Positions 29,701-42,974 of a DNA stretch of 64,000 nt are shown one piece after another. The first letter of the stretch is position 1, and each line of letters opens with the position of its first letter. The translations under genes were made by a program, and so were the position numbers. The DNA is from Raillietiella orientalis (lineage: Eukaryota), in the NCBI GenBank assembly GCA_036172245.1, contig JAYWIR010000029.1, positions 434,001 to 498,000 of the forward strand. The letters run 5' to 3'. Below the pieces are notes generated by a model, which did not search any database, was not told the DNA's origin, and saw only the letters and a list, made by a program, of their open reading frames with translations.

Positions 29701-29984
29701 GCACTTCTCCATTTCAACATTACCATAGTAGCATTTTATCTCATTTCTCATTGCACTATTAAAGCGTATTACTACGACACATAAACAAATAGAACATGAA
29801 TCGCTAATCATGCGTTTAACATTCAGTAACACAAAAGGAAAACATTTGCATGAAAGGGAAATAAGATGGTAAACATTGAAAGGTTGACAGCGAAACACAA
29901 ACTTGATAAATTGTTGGATGTTTAAATAATGATTAAGTGACATGAAGATAAATGGAAACAGTTCACTCACAAGATAAAACTCAT
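23736..29984 (-). CDS. MOB1: MOB kinase activator 1 (mats); exons 29984-29971, 26532-26366, 24335-24108, 24061-23898, 23849-23736
   Basis: MSFIF|GNRISKTFKPKKNIPEG..LPDGEDLNEWVAVN|TVDFYNQINMLYGT..MSAGPKYEYHWAD..ILKRLFRVYAHIYHQHF..EAHLNTSFKHF. The 14-nt first coding exon ATGAGTTTTATCTT is followed by gtgagt. Confidence 0.97.
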
Positions 29985-32949
29985 TATGATATGGCCTGTT
30001 CATATTCTCATGTCAAATACTCAATGGGTACAAGCTGAACCAAACGGAAGCGAGGAGCCGTGCATGGCTCGCTACGTTACGCAGCTGCGCTGAAATACGG
30101 AAAGCAACACACACACACCGCTTAAGGGCACGCGTGTCGTACACGATATTGCTGTGAAGCCCACCTCACAACCGGATCGTTTGGAATTAGAAGCCACAAG
30201 TTTTTGCCTGAGACCCCCTCTGTAAGAACTGCTCTTGTGTTACGAAAGAAATCGAAGGGACTTTACAACAGACTAAAAACATCAGTGGAATTTTCCTGTG
30301 GTCACTGCAACCATCCAGAAAAACTCCCAAGACTTTCGAATCAGCGACGTCGAAGCCACGAATGAAAGTTTAAGTATCCATTGCAATTCCGTTTTAAACG
30401 CTGGTGTAAACCATTCGTGTGGCCTCAATAAGAACATTCATTAATGGTGTCACTATACCCTTGATACCTCAATTTTCCTTTTCAACTCGACGATTTCTTT
30501 CAATTCATCTTCATATCAAGATATGTTTTCGTAGAATTATGGACAGGACAAATGCTATTCCTCTTGTGGCATTTGTTTTCCTTCAAACAGTATAACAGGA
30601 AGCATGTTTCGAATGACTCCATCGAAAATCTGAAGTACTGAGTGCAGAAATATACACATACATCTATATATTCATTCCAACATGTCTACATTCACGTATC
30701 TTATCTATCTATATATCTGCATTTGTATTAACCAAACAGTACTAGCAAAGTTAACACCAGAGTTACTTTGTGCAAATATTATTTTAAAAATTTATGCATC
30801 CTATTCAGCTTTGGAAGAATCTAAAATTCACAATGTGTTTAGAGAAAAGATGCAATCAGGCAAACCGATATGACATAACAAAATGCCTAGCCAAATAAAA
30901 GTCGAGGCAAAACCAGATTTTTCCTAACGAAAACAAAGGTTGAAAGTAGAAAAAATGAATCCAGATTGAAAGGAACCTGTTGCACTTTAGAGGATAAAGT
31001 AGAAAGAAATTGATCTACTGAGGAACAACATATTGAAACGTAAACAGAGATAGTCCAGAAAAGTTTAGAAAATTTTAACTTTTTAGAAAAGATCAAAAAA
31101 TCGCAGCTACTTCCAATGAAGCAAATATTGATTACTGAAGCATAAACTGAATGTGAAATAAGATTGAGACTCATTAAAAGTAAAGCTATGGAAAACAAGG
31201 AAGAAAAAAGAAAAAATCAGGAAACTTTCATGAGTATCAAGGATCATTCGAGACATCGATGAACGAATAACGTGAGCTAGTTTAGTGAAAGGTTCTCTCA
31301 ATAATTGAAGTTGAGTAAGAAGGAAAATTAAAGAAGTAATACGTAACTTTTTTTTTAAATAAAGCTTCAACCATTGTCAGCTGCATTGCATGCTTATTTC
31401 AAACAGTGTCTTTAAATAAGATGCCACAAGGAGACAGAGATACAAATGAAATAGTATCAAAAAGGAGAACTGGAGAGAAAAGAGCAGAACGGATTTTAAG
31501 AACAACGCAAGGTTGATTTTTGCGCACCAGGAGCACAAAATCATTTTTTTCATGCTGAAACTTTAAATACTGCCAAATGAATTAGCTGTAATCTTGGAGA
31601 TATACTTGACAGTGAATAGAACCTATTCATCTGTCTGTAACACACTGTTGCGCTTATCTCGTGCTCTCCCGAAAACATATTGATATGCATGGGTGGGCCA
31701 GTTGAACTAATGCCGCATTACGGATTTAAAATAAGAAATGATAATATTTGAGAATAAATGCAGCTGTAAAAGGAAATCACTGCAAGTCTGAACACCAGAT
31801 GGAAATGAAATCGAAATTCGAAAATGAAATCTCGACACCTTTTGGTGCTCTGATCATAACTTTCATTGTTGTCTACAGTGAGGAAGTGAGGAAGCTTAAG
31901 AAAAGGATCGACATCATTTCAAATTTATATCTCGTCTCCAGGAGACTGATAATCCTGCGATCTAATGTACAGCGTTCCTCTTTAGAATGAAATTATAATA
32001 TTCATTTATGAGTAAAATGAAAACACACTACCAAACTGAAGTCACCTTCAATGTATAAATTTTTTTGAGAAAATTTTTTGTATGAAACAGCCAACATTGA
32101 CGATAATAAGATATAAGAAACAAAATGAACCGTAAGGGAGTTTATGCAATGGCCTGCCATGATATTCCGATTACATCCCTTAAAAGAATGGATCACAGGT
32201 AAGGGCTTTATAATAGCAAATCAAAAAAAGCACAAAATCGAAGATGAAATGCACAAAATAAATTTAACAGGAATTTATCCAATGAAACCAAAGCACTGTG
32301 CAAAAAAGTCGATCTCATAGCTAGTATTCAGTATTTTTGTGTTAACTAACAAAAATGTATGGCAAAAAATCTAAATTTCACAAATAATTTAAATACTCAG
32401 AAGCAAATGTAGTTAGCATTGCTGCTGAAATTAAGCAAAGCAAACAAAATATTTTCTAGAAGATTATTCCTCCGAAACTACTAGGTTCGAAGCTGTACAT
32501 CTTTAACAAGGGTAAGATGCTATTCAATTCAGTTTTAGCACTGCGAAAAACGGATACGACTCGGATATTGGAATACATACTTGCCAATTAACTAAATTTT
32601 TAAAAATGGAAATGCAGGATTTCTACATATAAAGCTTTGAGAAAAGCATAGAACTTCAATGGCTTAGCTGTAGTATATTTCGCGTTTTCAGATTTCAGCA
32701 ATTCTACTGAAACCATAAAATTTAAAAAAAACCGGGAATTCAACTTTCTCTCTTACCAATCTTGTTGTTAGCTGTTGCAAATTTGCTCAATGTTATGGTG
32801 TTTTCGTCTCTCATAGGTTTCAGATCCATGATATGAACCACTCATTTCTTTTTTATTTCGTGGAACCCAGAAAAGATTTATTTGCTATTTTTGACCTCTT
32901 TTTAGATGTAATTTTGCTCATTCATGAAAATCGATTCACTATGCGTTCT

Positions 32950-34200
32950 TTAAAATGTAAAGAGCACATCCACAGTGAGATCTCTAAATATTTCGTTTAA
33001 TGACTTGATGCAGGTAGACTTGTGATTCAAGGAGCCTTCTTTTGTTATGTGTGTCTGATTAAATGTAACAGCATCGTTTGTTTCTAAAGTTGTGATGTCC
33101 ACCTGCTTTGTGCCAATTAAATCATCAGGACTACTTTTAAGAGGTATTGGAAAGCAAAGCGTTTGGTCAAGTTTCGTATGTGAGAAGCCACCAGACTCTT
33201 CCAAGTTCTGATTCAATAACGGGAAGCTTCATATGAGAATTTAGTATCGGTATGTTAGCTCCAGAAGTTTAGTGAGAGAACAGAATGTCTGCTTTACCTT
33301 CACTGGATTCCTCTTAATTTTAACTAGCAGTCATGCCAAAACATATAAAACAGTAATGCTAATAAAATGAGACCACGTCTTGATATTATCTGAATATGTG
33401 TTGATATAAGGAATTCCTATACGTGTTCTGGTTTTCGAGAGTTCGAACAGTGATTAAGACCGTAATGTCTCATGAAACTATTGCGGAAGAAACGGTATTA
33501 AAATCATTTTCTTAGAAAAGAGTCTTTCTGCACACCATCTATGATATATCATTCTATAAAGCTACATGAGAAGTACCACATCAAATTGTTATCGTAAGAA
33601 CACTTTTGATTCCATCTATGTTTCATTCTCAAGTTATCGCCTGTCATGTTTCTCAACTCAAGCTACTAACAGCTCAATGCACCATGAGCAGTGAATTATT
33701 CGCAAGGTTCTTCCCTGTTGTTTCAAAAATGAAGAACTCTCCTTCATTCTTGATGGCTCTTGAACTCTTCTTCCATTCACACATAAGCTTCATCGCTAAG
33801 CAAAGAAATAAAGCATCAGTGGTTTCAAATAACTCACTGCTCTCATCCAATGACTGAAAAAATGCTTTAAGCTCTGAACGCTATCTTTTCCTTATTTATC
33901 TCCTCATCCACATAAACAATGAGTGGCCAGGCATGTAATTTAGCAGGTTGCAAGCATCCTTTAGTTTTCTAAAGGAGCACTTAATCTATACACTTCCAGT
34001 AGACAATGAAAGTTTTGCTTTCTGCAACAAGCTTGTAATTAATTTAAGTAATAATCATTTTGTGTCATAGTAGTCATTGTTCCCTGAAGTGGAAACGCAC
34101 AAAACTTTCTTTGAAAATCTGTTCCAGAAGCAGAAGAGATTTGAGGATAGATTTTCAAAGGTGTAGTAGTTTATTCTTTTAAGCATACAGAACACTCGTT
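32950..34200 (-). mobile_element. Possible decayed hAT transposase
   Basis: RSELKAFF and a downstream FCSLTKLL..LPV..GRV segment resemble the hAT core and dimerisation region. Many stops. Confidence 0.25.
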
Positions 34201-34719
34201 ATGATTTTATTCGAAATGCCTTTCAACAGCATATCCATCTGAGGAAAAAGGGAAACCTTGCTTAAAGGTGAGAACATCTGAGAATCAAACAAGGAATATT
34301 GCTTCTTAAAAACCAAAGACTTTATAATTGTAGCAGTCATTACACAAATAGTTTTCTACAGTTTTCCTGTTCCTTTCCAACAGTTCCCATTTTCAACAGT
34401 TTTCGACCACAACATGCTAAGAATCTGCTAGGAAAACAATGAAACATATATTCAGCAGAATATTTCTCTGTAAAAAGTATCAAATAATACGTATGTAATT
34501 TTCACGCACCTTAAAGGAATTTTCCCTTGGTAAGTAAAGCAAAATTTGGTAAGATCACTAGGAGTTATCATTGAGCTAGCAAACAGTAATCGATTCTAGA
34601 AACTTCTTTACGCGATAAGAAACCAACAGAAAATTTTCTGAGAAAGCTGGTTGTTTATCAACAATGATGAATACCAAACAGTGCAGTAGGAAGTACCAAA
34701 CTGTGTTCTCAACTATTCA

Positions 34720-34970
34720 GCTGGGCCAAGCTGAAAGAAGTGACCGGCCTGCAGACGGTGAAGATGGAGATCCTGGCGGGGACGTTTGAAAGGAACTGCA
34801 ACACAATGGTCCGCACTACCATCGCCCTCTTCATCACGAGCATCGTAATAAGGACAAAAATGCGGACCAGGATGAACAATGCACCAGCAGTGGACATTCT
34901 GAAAGGATGGCTTCGAGGTGAACGATGATCACGAACCGGGACAATACTTTTGAGAAGCAGCACGTGTAGT
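34720..34970 (+). mobile_element. 3' end of ORF2 of a Tx1/L1-like LINE lying directly upstream of the next ORF1
   Basis: WAKLKEVTGLQ..EIL..F..NTMVRTTIALFITSIVIR..RM..AVDILKG aligns by eye with the post-zinc-finger tail at 61412-61790 (WKTLKRVIGLQ..EVL..F..NPMVRMAVALCITAILIR..RM..LMEILKG). Confidence 0.8.
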
Positions 34971-34989
34971 GCTTTACCGTCACCATCTA

Positions 34990-37900
34990 CATATTCTACG
35001 TCCGTTTTCCCTTTTTTGTTTCATCGAAGGCGTCGACGTTGCGAGTGGACTACCCGGACGAACGACCATCCACGTCCAGGCCCATGGATTTGGACAAATC
35101 AGGTCCCTCCAAGGAGGGAGTCATGGTGGGGTCAAGGGATGGTCAGGCGCAACCGCTGTCCAACGCGTCCGCGTCGTCGTCGTCACGTGCGACGTACGCG
35201 CAGGTCGCACCTGCCTCGAGCGGTTTTCCGGGCGTGCCCCCGGCACGAAAACGGACCCCGGTTAAACCCTCGGTATGAGTTTTAGACGACGAAGACCAAC
35301 CCATCCTCAGCATGGGGCTGGAGGCTAAACCGGTAGTTTTCAAAACATATCCCCTCAAACTGGCCAACGTGAAGGACATTTACATCGTCCTTCACCAGAA
35401 AAACGTCGATTTCGACGTCATCAAGGCGATTGTACCGTGCACGACCGGCTTCACGACTTACATGTCGCGCAAGCTGCTCATAGAAGCGCTGGGTGAGCAG
35501 GGAATCTCAATTAGTGGCCGCCTGCTACGCGGGATCGGCGAAACATCGACGACAACAGTCTTCCTGAAGGGGATCAACTTCAATACCACCACGACGATCC
35601 GCAAATTCCTATCCCAATATGGAGAAGTAACCCACCTGGAACTCCGAAATCAGATAGGCGAGATCTCCGGAGAGAAGTTCGCAAGGATACGGCTTTTTGA
35701 GGATGCCAAGTTACCGGGAGTGGCTTGCATTGATGCCTTCTCTCGAGCAGTCCTTTTCAGATACAGACAAACTTCCTTTCTGCGTGGGATGCGAGGTGTT
35801 CGGGCACCGTGTCGGGGCTTGCCCCAGGGCGCAGTGCCACCGGTGCGGCCAACAAGGCCACCTTTATTGGACGTGCACCCCGTCGATCATGTGCTACTTC
35901 TGCCGTCTGTCTGGCCACTCCAGGAAGAAATGCCGGCGATATGCGGTATGGAGAGATGTCTAGGGGTTGCCGCTAATTCCGACGGCGCCCGAGAAGGAAG
36001 GCGCGAAGAAGACGAAGGATCCTTTGACTGAGGAGACTGCCACGACGGTGGCAGAATTCACAGAGGTCAGGAGGAGGAAGGCAAAGAGAGAGATGAAGCA
36101 AGTAGCGCAACCAACCTCGGAAGAGCCGGCGGAAGTTGCCGCGCCAAACGAGGTGGCAAAAGTTGCTCTAACAACTGCAGAGTTGGCGGAAGTTGCCAGC
36201 ATGAAAGCAGAGCGTGCGCAGATCGAAGAAGTAATGAAGGATGCAACCACCAAGGAAGCACAGTCAGAAGCACCGGAACGCCATGTAACCATCTGCCGGG
36301 TGGAGATCTCCATCAACGAGCGCGTTCCGAACGATGAGCAGCGGACGCGCTGGAGGGCAGGATGCTGGAACTCAAGAAGAATTACACCAGCATGGCGCCC
36401 GCGGAGTTGCCTTGTGCAAGCCTGCCAAGTGCCTCCAAGTACAACGTACACCCAGTCGCTGACAGCACCGACTACATTGAGTCGGAGAGCGATATGGGTG
36501 ATTCACGAGTCGAAAAGAGGACTACGACAACGTCCCCCGAGAGACGCAAAACCAAGAAGAAAAGCAGGTACTCCTACTAGACCCGATGTCCACCTTCCTG
36601 TCTGCGGCCAGAAGCATCAAGATCGCATCCTGGAACGTGAACGGGTTGTGGAACCAAGCCAAACGATTCCTGGTCACGCGGACAATCGAATGACCATATC
36701 GTCCGCCTTCAGAAAACCCATGATCTAGAGCACCTAGAACTAGAACGACGCTGGACGTCCAGCTATTCCTCAGCGCGGGCCAGAATAGGACAAAAGGTGT
36801 GGCCATTCTCGTGAAAAACGAGATCGCGCACACCATTCTGGAAACCTTTTCTCCGTGGCCCGGCCGAATCGTTGGAATACGCATGTCCTGGTGCGAACCC
36901 GTGCAGCTGCTTCTGGTAAACGTGTACGGGCCACACCGAGGCAAGCATCGCTGTGCGGAAGCCATACAGGCTCTGCTGCGAACCAAGGCCTCGGCAAAAG
37001 ACAGAGTGATCGTCGTGGGAGACCTCAACATATTGGACATTATCACTCAGTCCAAGGACTCCTGAGGAAGAACGGCTTATCGTCAGCTGTCCGATGAGTT
37101 CGGCCTGCGATGGCTGACGGCGAGCAGCAAACCGATAAACCATGTCCTATACAGCCAAGGCATTGCGAACCGGGTGCAAGGATTCCGAGACGCACCATCT
37201 GCTCTTTCGGATCATCCCATGCTACGATTCACTTTACTCACGGAAAATCCTCAGAGTAAAGACAGGCACGCGGGCTGCGCTAATATGCATGCCCGCCTGG
37301 TTCGAAACGCATCCCTGTCATCAGGAGCTCATCGAAACGATACTGCGAAACACCACCATTCGCAGAGTAGCATACTGGGACAGGTTGAAGCGAACAATAC
37401 ATCTATTTAACAACTTACAGTTTTGTGACAGGAAGATGAAGACGGAGGCGCACCCTGATCTTAACAAACAAGATCTCTCGCTCTCGAAGTACCGGCCACA
37501 GTACGAGAACCGGTACGTGTTCAAGACCATCAAAGGGGAAGTCGGCGTGCTGGAAAAGAGAAACATCGCAACTGATGTCTTTTCCATCCGACACGAAGGC
37601 TTAGGCACAAGTCGGAGGAAATTGCGGAGACCTTCCGCCATCACTACGCCTCGCACTACCGACGACAAGATCTGCGTCCTAGGGAACAGGCTACCATCCT
37701 ACAATACCTACATCCGAGAGTCAAGAGGGAATACCAGGCCAAACTCGAAGAGACAATCACTGAAGAAGTAAATAGAGAGTTTGCAGGACTGCGTAAGGAT
37801 GTGGCGGCAGGCCCCGATACTGATCCCATCACGCACTGTCAGCTTTACCTGCACACCTACCTTCGCCTGTTCCACGAACTCACACTCGCAATCCAGGAAG

Positions 37901-38130
37901 AAGGAAGGCTCCCATCATCATTCCATGAAGGACGGATGAAACTGCTGCCGAAGGGAGGCGACCTGTTGGAAGCCACCCAATGGCGGCTATCACCATCCTC
38001 GACACGGATGCAAAGATCTGGGCCAACCGTTTAAGCATCACGATGTCATCCGTTGTCGCTCCTACGCAGACATGGGCGGTGTCCGGACGATGCATGTCTG
38101 CGAATGTGAAGCGTGCCCTGGCCACCATCG
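34990..38130 (+). mobile_element. Tx1/L1-clade non-LTR retrotransposon, 3'-truncated and decayed: ORF1 gag ~35086-36580, ORF2 APE-RT from 36586
   Basis: ORF1 has ATYAQVA, an RRM-like segment (VFLKGI..IRKFLSQYGEV) and three CCHC knuckles (CVGCEVFGH..C, CHRCGQQGH..C, CYFCRLSGH..C). ORF2 ATG starts 5 nt after the ORF1 stop and shows APE motifs SWNVNG, LQKTH, GVAILVK, NVYGP, VGDLN, SDH, then early RT motifs AAGPD and LLPKGGD..QWR. In-frame stops and frameshifts are present. The element is GC-rich compared with its flanks. Confidence 0.93.
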
Positions 38131-39965
38131 GTTTTTGCGATATGTAGGCGAGGTCCTGGTGATATTGATATTATGTGGAAATGTAGATTATCATGACGCA
38201 GGCTTCTGAGACATTTTTTATTTATAAGAATACTTTCGAAAATGAGGGAGTGGGCACCGAATTGAACTCCACATACATTGAATGAATTTAGCACTTATAT
38301 TTTATGAGACATTTAAATGAATCGAAGCTGGAGCTTAGAGTAAAATCAAACAGTAACAGTAATGCATACTTGTCTATAGCTTTAAGTTAAATCCTTTTAT
38401 GAGAGAATTCACTGCAAATTAAGTTAAAGTTCTCCATTTCCATTTCAAACTTGGAAAATTTTCAGAAATTTTTAGTTCACTTTTTAGGGTTTGACCTTTG
38501 AGGATATCCAGCAAAACTCAAACTATTAAAAGTGAGATTTGTTAAGACAAATTATAGCTCGTAACACACAATGTGCATTGTTTTGAAAAATGACAAAACA
38601 CTTTACGCTTTATACTGGTAACCCTGTGTGGAAGGAAAACTGACAAAAGGTCTCATGGTTATATTATGCATATGAAAGAAATTATATCTGTATTGTCTAA
38701 TGTGCAGTCCACGTGAAGCATGCCAAAATTTCATATGCATATTATGTTAATCAGGGATGACACATATGCTATGGAGAACATGTTGAAGTACATCTCTTGA
38801 TTAATCACTATGTCTTATACAGAAGCAGCTTACATGTTCATTAGTGTTAGGTTATGCATCAAGTTGTATGGATTTTAAACAATTTTAAACTTTTCTTGTG
38901 CCCTTTTGGACTTGTTCAGGAGGGGTCGTGAAGTACAACATTATGGAATAATCAAGTAGTTCTTTGATTTACATGTTCCAAATGGAATTCATTAATAATC
39001 AATGATATACTGTGTCTCAGAAATTTTAACAGAAAATGTACTTATTCACACATGCAAATGAATTCAGATATCCCTAGGATGTGGAGTCGATAACTGAACA
39101 AAAAATTTGAATATTGAAACCACATCATGGTTCATGTTCACTCACAGCAACTTATTTGACAAAACCTAGCTGATAACAATCTATTATACATTTCTCAAAT
39201 CCCATGTCTCGAAATATGTGAAGATAAAAAATTATGGTAATATTTTAACTGTAACTAATATTACTTATGGAGCTATTACAAATTACATTACATATCAACA
39301 CTTTATTACAATTACATAGAACAGATCCAGTATTTCATATGCTGAACTCATTTTCTTGGCAGTACTTTACAAAACTTTACAAACCTGAAAAAACTTTAAA
39401 AATCTAATTGAAACTATCACATACAAAACTACATATGACAACACAATGCAAACAATAATAAGCATACTTCATAACTTAAGTATTTCTTTTATCCATTTCA
39501 CTAAGTTGAGACTATGCTATCTTTTAAACAAAAAGCAAAATCACAAGTCTAAATTAGGGCATCCATTCTTATCCTTTCTTCGACTACAATACATTATGAA
39601 ATACATCTATTTGTTTGTATTTTTGTCTCCACTACACTTCTAAGAGAAATTCGGTTACCTTCAATATTCAAATATTTATAATCACTTTACGTTTTACGCC
39701 CATGGAAAATGGAGTACTTATTTTGCATCATGGAAATGTGTAAAGAATGATTAATTGAAATTCAATGTAATCCTTAAAAGCAACTGCTACCTACATATCT
39801 GAAATTCATTACACCTATTGAATCATAAAATTATGCCATTTAGATGAAAAAGAGATCAGAGAAACCAGACAAGTTTTATTAAAATTACCTACAGCCATGT
39901 ACCACCCTATTTAAAATTCTGGTTATCAAGGTCAAATATGGAAAAAATCTGTATCACAAATTACA

Positions 39966-40715
39966 TTAAAATGTACTTTTTATTTCCATTAAAAAATTAT
40001 CATTGAGCTGTTTAACAAAATAATTCCGTGTTGCGATTTGAATTATATTTAAGAAATACTTATAATCTATACCCTTGAATTCAAAATTATTTTGAATAAG
40101 CAAATCACGTACATCTGAATTGCTTTCCGTTATAGCAGAAAAAATTCCATCATAATTCTTTTGTTTGCAGAATGCTACTGCTGAATTTAATAATTCGACG
40201 GCAATGTGATGCTTTTTGTATCTGTCTTGAATAGCAATCCATTTTAAACATGCTTTTCTATCATCATTTTTATATTTAACTATAACTACAAAGCCGACAA
40301 CTATTGTTTTTAACAGACATTCCTTAATTTTATATTCTTCATTCAGTTGCCTGTACACTGATGATGGTATTTCTGCAACAAGAATACATTCATTTGGGGA
40401 ATGTTCAACTTTGCAGCTCAAAAACTTTATCACTTCACAAGCTTCTGCATAACTCCATAAGTGACACAAGCACACAATGATGAAAACAACCACGAATATT
40501 ACTGGAATAATCATCACACACTTCAGTAGCGGCAATCCAAAAAATATGAATCCAATACCAACAAACAGAATGATCACTTCGTAAATTGTCTCTCGAATTA
40601 ACAAATAACAAAAAGAGTTAATTACTGTACTCATATAAAAATAGCGTAGAATTTCTAAACACTGCAGTATATCTTCTTTTCGAAAACTTCTTATACGATA
40701 TTCCCTGCAATCCAT
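39966..40715 (-). CDS. Intronless membrane-anchored GNAT N-acetyltransferase, Camello/NAT8-like (249 aa)
   Basis: Starts YRIRSFRKED, followed by a long hydrophobic segment, then a GNAT core VGFVVI..ACLKWIAIQDRYKKHHIAVELL..FCKQKNY..N..LL.NNF. This architecture is typical of the NAT8/Camello family. Confidence 0.8.
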   Translation of the reverse strand: MDCREYRIRSFRKEDILQCLEILRYFYMSTVINSFCYLLIRETIYEVIILFVGIGFIFFGLPLLKCVMIIPVIFVVVFIIVCLCHLWSYAEACEVIKFLSCKVEHSPNECILVAEIPSSVYRQLNEEYKIKECLLKTIVVGFVVIVKYKNDDRKACLKWIAIQDRYKKHHIAVELLNSAVAFCKQKNYDGIFSAITESNSDVRDLLIQNNFEFKGIDYKYFLNIIQIATRNYFVKQLNDNFLMEIKSTF

Positions 40716-42137
40716 TTCAACTCCAAACACGGAACACCGTTTACGTCCAATTTAAAAAAGGAATGTACATATACTCTTTCGTACCATACCAGTATCCAAA
40801 GCACGCGCAATCGAACTAATTGCTTGTGGAATCTAACATGCAAAAACGTGCCTATTGATGTAGCATCTTCTGCATAATGTTTACATTGCCATTTTTTTTC
40901 TGCCATAAATGTAAATCGTATTCAGATGTTTGGGATCACTTAGATTTCAGAATTCATAGGGTACCAAGCATAAAATTAAGTAAACAATACTTGAAGTTTA
41001 AAAGGATATTTTTTTTAAAAAAACTACAGGACAAGGAAGTTTATGAACATCGAATGATGGTTCAAACAAATTTTTTGACCATGTATCCTTCGAATAAACA
41101 ATTAAAAACTCGAACTTGTATACGCAAAAAAACTTTCCAGTGCTTTGGTTCTATGAACGCACACAAATGCTTGCACAACTTTCGTGGTGGAACTTGCTAC
41201 AATTTTCCCATTCAGTGCTGAATTCATAGCATTTGGATCTTTCAAGGCGTGTATCACACAATCTTTCCGAGGACATAAAAGGCGAATATAAGAAAAAAAA
41301 CAAATAATAAAAAACATAATGAAAATTCCATGATGGAAAATAAGGGATGTGATTTCTGCTGAGTTATCCTTTCTTTTCTTTTGTTCTTTCCATCAATATA
41401 CTAGAGAATTTTTATAGAGAATACACCAAGATGTGTACAACATATCAAGAAAAGCACTACAAAAATACAACAAAAAAAAAAAAACTTTCTGAAACAGCCT
41501 ATTACATTACAAGAAACTAAGTCCTTTACTTTCTATTTACTAGATTTCGGCAATCTAAGTTGTTTTTTTCTTCGATGTTCATTTTTTTTGAATTGTGTTT
41601 ATAGTGTTCTTTCTTAACTAAAAATGTCGAAAAGAAGGCACAATACATTCGAAATGCATAGTGTCTGACTTCACGGGTGACAGATTCTCACAAAACACAT
41701 TCCCTTGCTATGTCTGTTTACAAATATTTGCTAAAATGTGTGCAATATTTACTAAAAGATTATTTTAAACACAATAAAGTAGCCTTTTTTTGCTGGATGG
41801 AGTACTTCAAAGTCATATCTGACTTTTAGAATCTGAGATTACTCTTGAAACCACTAAGACTTAATTTGCAAAAGACGAACGGATAAGCTAGCTTAAAATT
41901 TGTATAACAAAGCATTATAATAGGAAAAATTTCAAGAAATGTATTTGTGGAATAAAACGGTCAAGCTAGAAGTAATACAAGCGTTTAGAAAACTAGATGG
42001 GGCTTATTTTAATTTAAACACCTTTATTTAGTATCAAGTCAAGCTTGGTTCCTTCATTTATGGACTCTTTTACATACAGAGTTTTCAAGATGCAAGTATT
42101 TTCTACTGGAGGTCTGACGTTACAACTTTCGGAAACC

Positions 42138-42207
42138 AGGTCATTGTCATCAATGATGGATAACTTCATTTAAGGTCATTGTCATCAATGATGGATAACT
42201 TCATTTA
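42138..42207. repeat. Perfect 35-bp tandem duplication
   Basis: AGGTCATTGTCATCAATGATGGATAACTTCATTTA occurs twice in a row. Confidence 0.95.
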
Positions 42208-42974
42208 ATCTCTGGAACCAAGCAGGATTCGACTGGCAAAGACGTAACCACCACTGAGAAACGAAGTCGAAAAAGAACTGAATCCACTCGAAATGGACTC
42301 GAATGGGCGCAGTCTGTACTAAATCTTTTGTTTTTACACACAAATACACACATGATCACAAGAAATCAAATATTTTAAGAGACAACTGCCAGCTAGCAAA
42401 AGTGTATGTAAACTTAGGAAATGCGATAAACTACAATAATGTTGGAAGACGCTGATGCAACTAGCGAACGGAAGACATTTTCTAGAGAACTGATTTTCCC
42501 ATTTCATGAATTGAAGTTCAAACGAAGCTTACAACTTGGAAGTAAATACACTCCATTGAAAATTAAGTACTGCATCCTATTCACATGAAAATCTTTTACG
42601 TAACATTGTATGTAGCTAGTGGAGTAAACTGTATAAAGAGTTTTTGGTAACTAAATATTCACGAATAAAGCTTCAACCATCATATGAAAATTCTGGATAA
42701 TCTAAAGGAAACGGCAGTGTAAAAAATAAAACTGGAGATTCTCTGATTCCTTGAAATACGTATTTTCCGCTGATTCCCAAAATCAGTTGAAAATTAAATG
42801 TGTGGCTGATTAAAAATGCACCTGAAAGCAGAATGCTGAATGCTTAATGTACCTTACTAAGATTTTTAAGAAATATTCACCTTTCCCTCATTTAAAATGG
42901 AGAAAAAATTGAAATGCAACACATAAGTAACTGGTTCTCGACTTTCATCAGTTTAATCATACATCAGTGATTGT

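Noticed and set aside
30125..30365. THAP-like CEAHL..F..PSV frame near the MOB1 promoter
   Set aside because: No N-terminal C2 or W motif and no start codon; the match is too weak.
35276..35963. Programmed read-through of the in-frame TGA and TAG in LINE ORF1
   Set aside because: The element has several frameshifts, so ordinary decay explains the stops.
42138..42207. CRISPR-like 35-bp repeat
   Set aside because: Two copies with no spacer in eukaryotic DNA; a simple tandem duplication.
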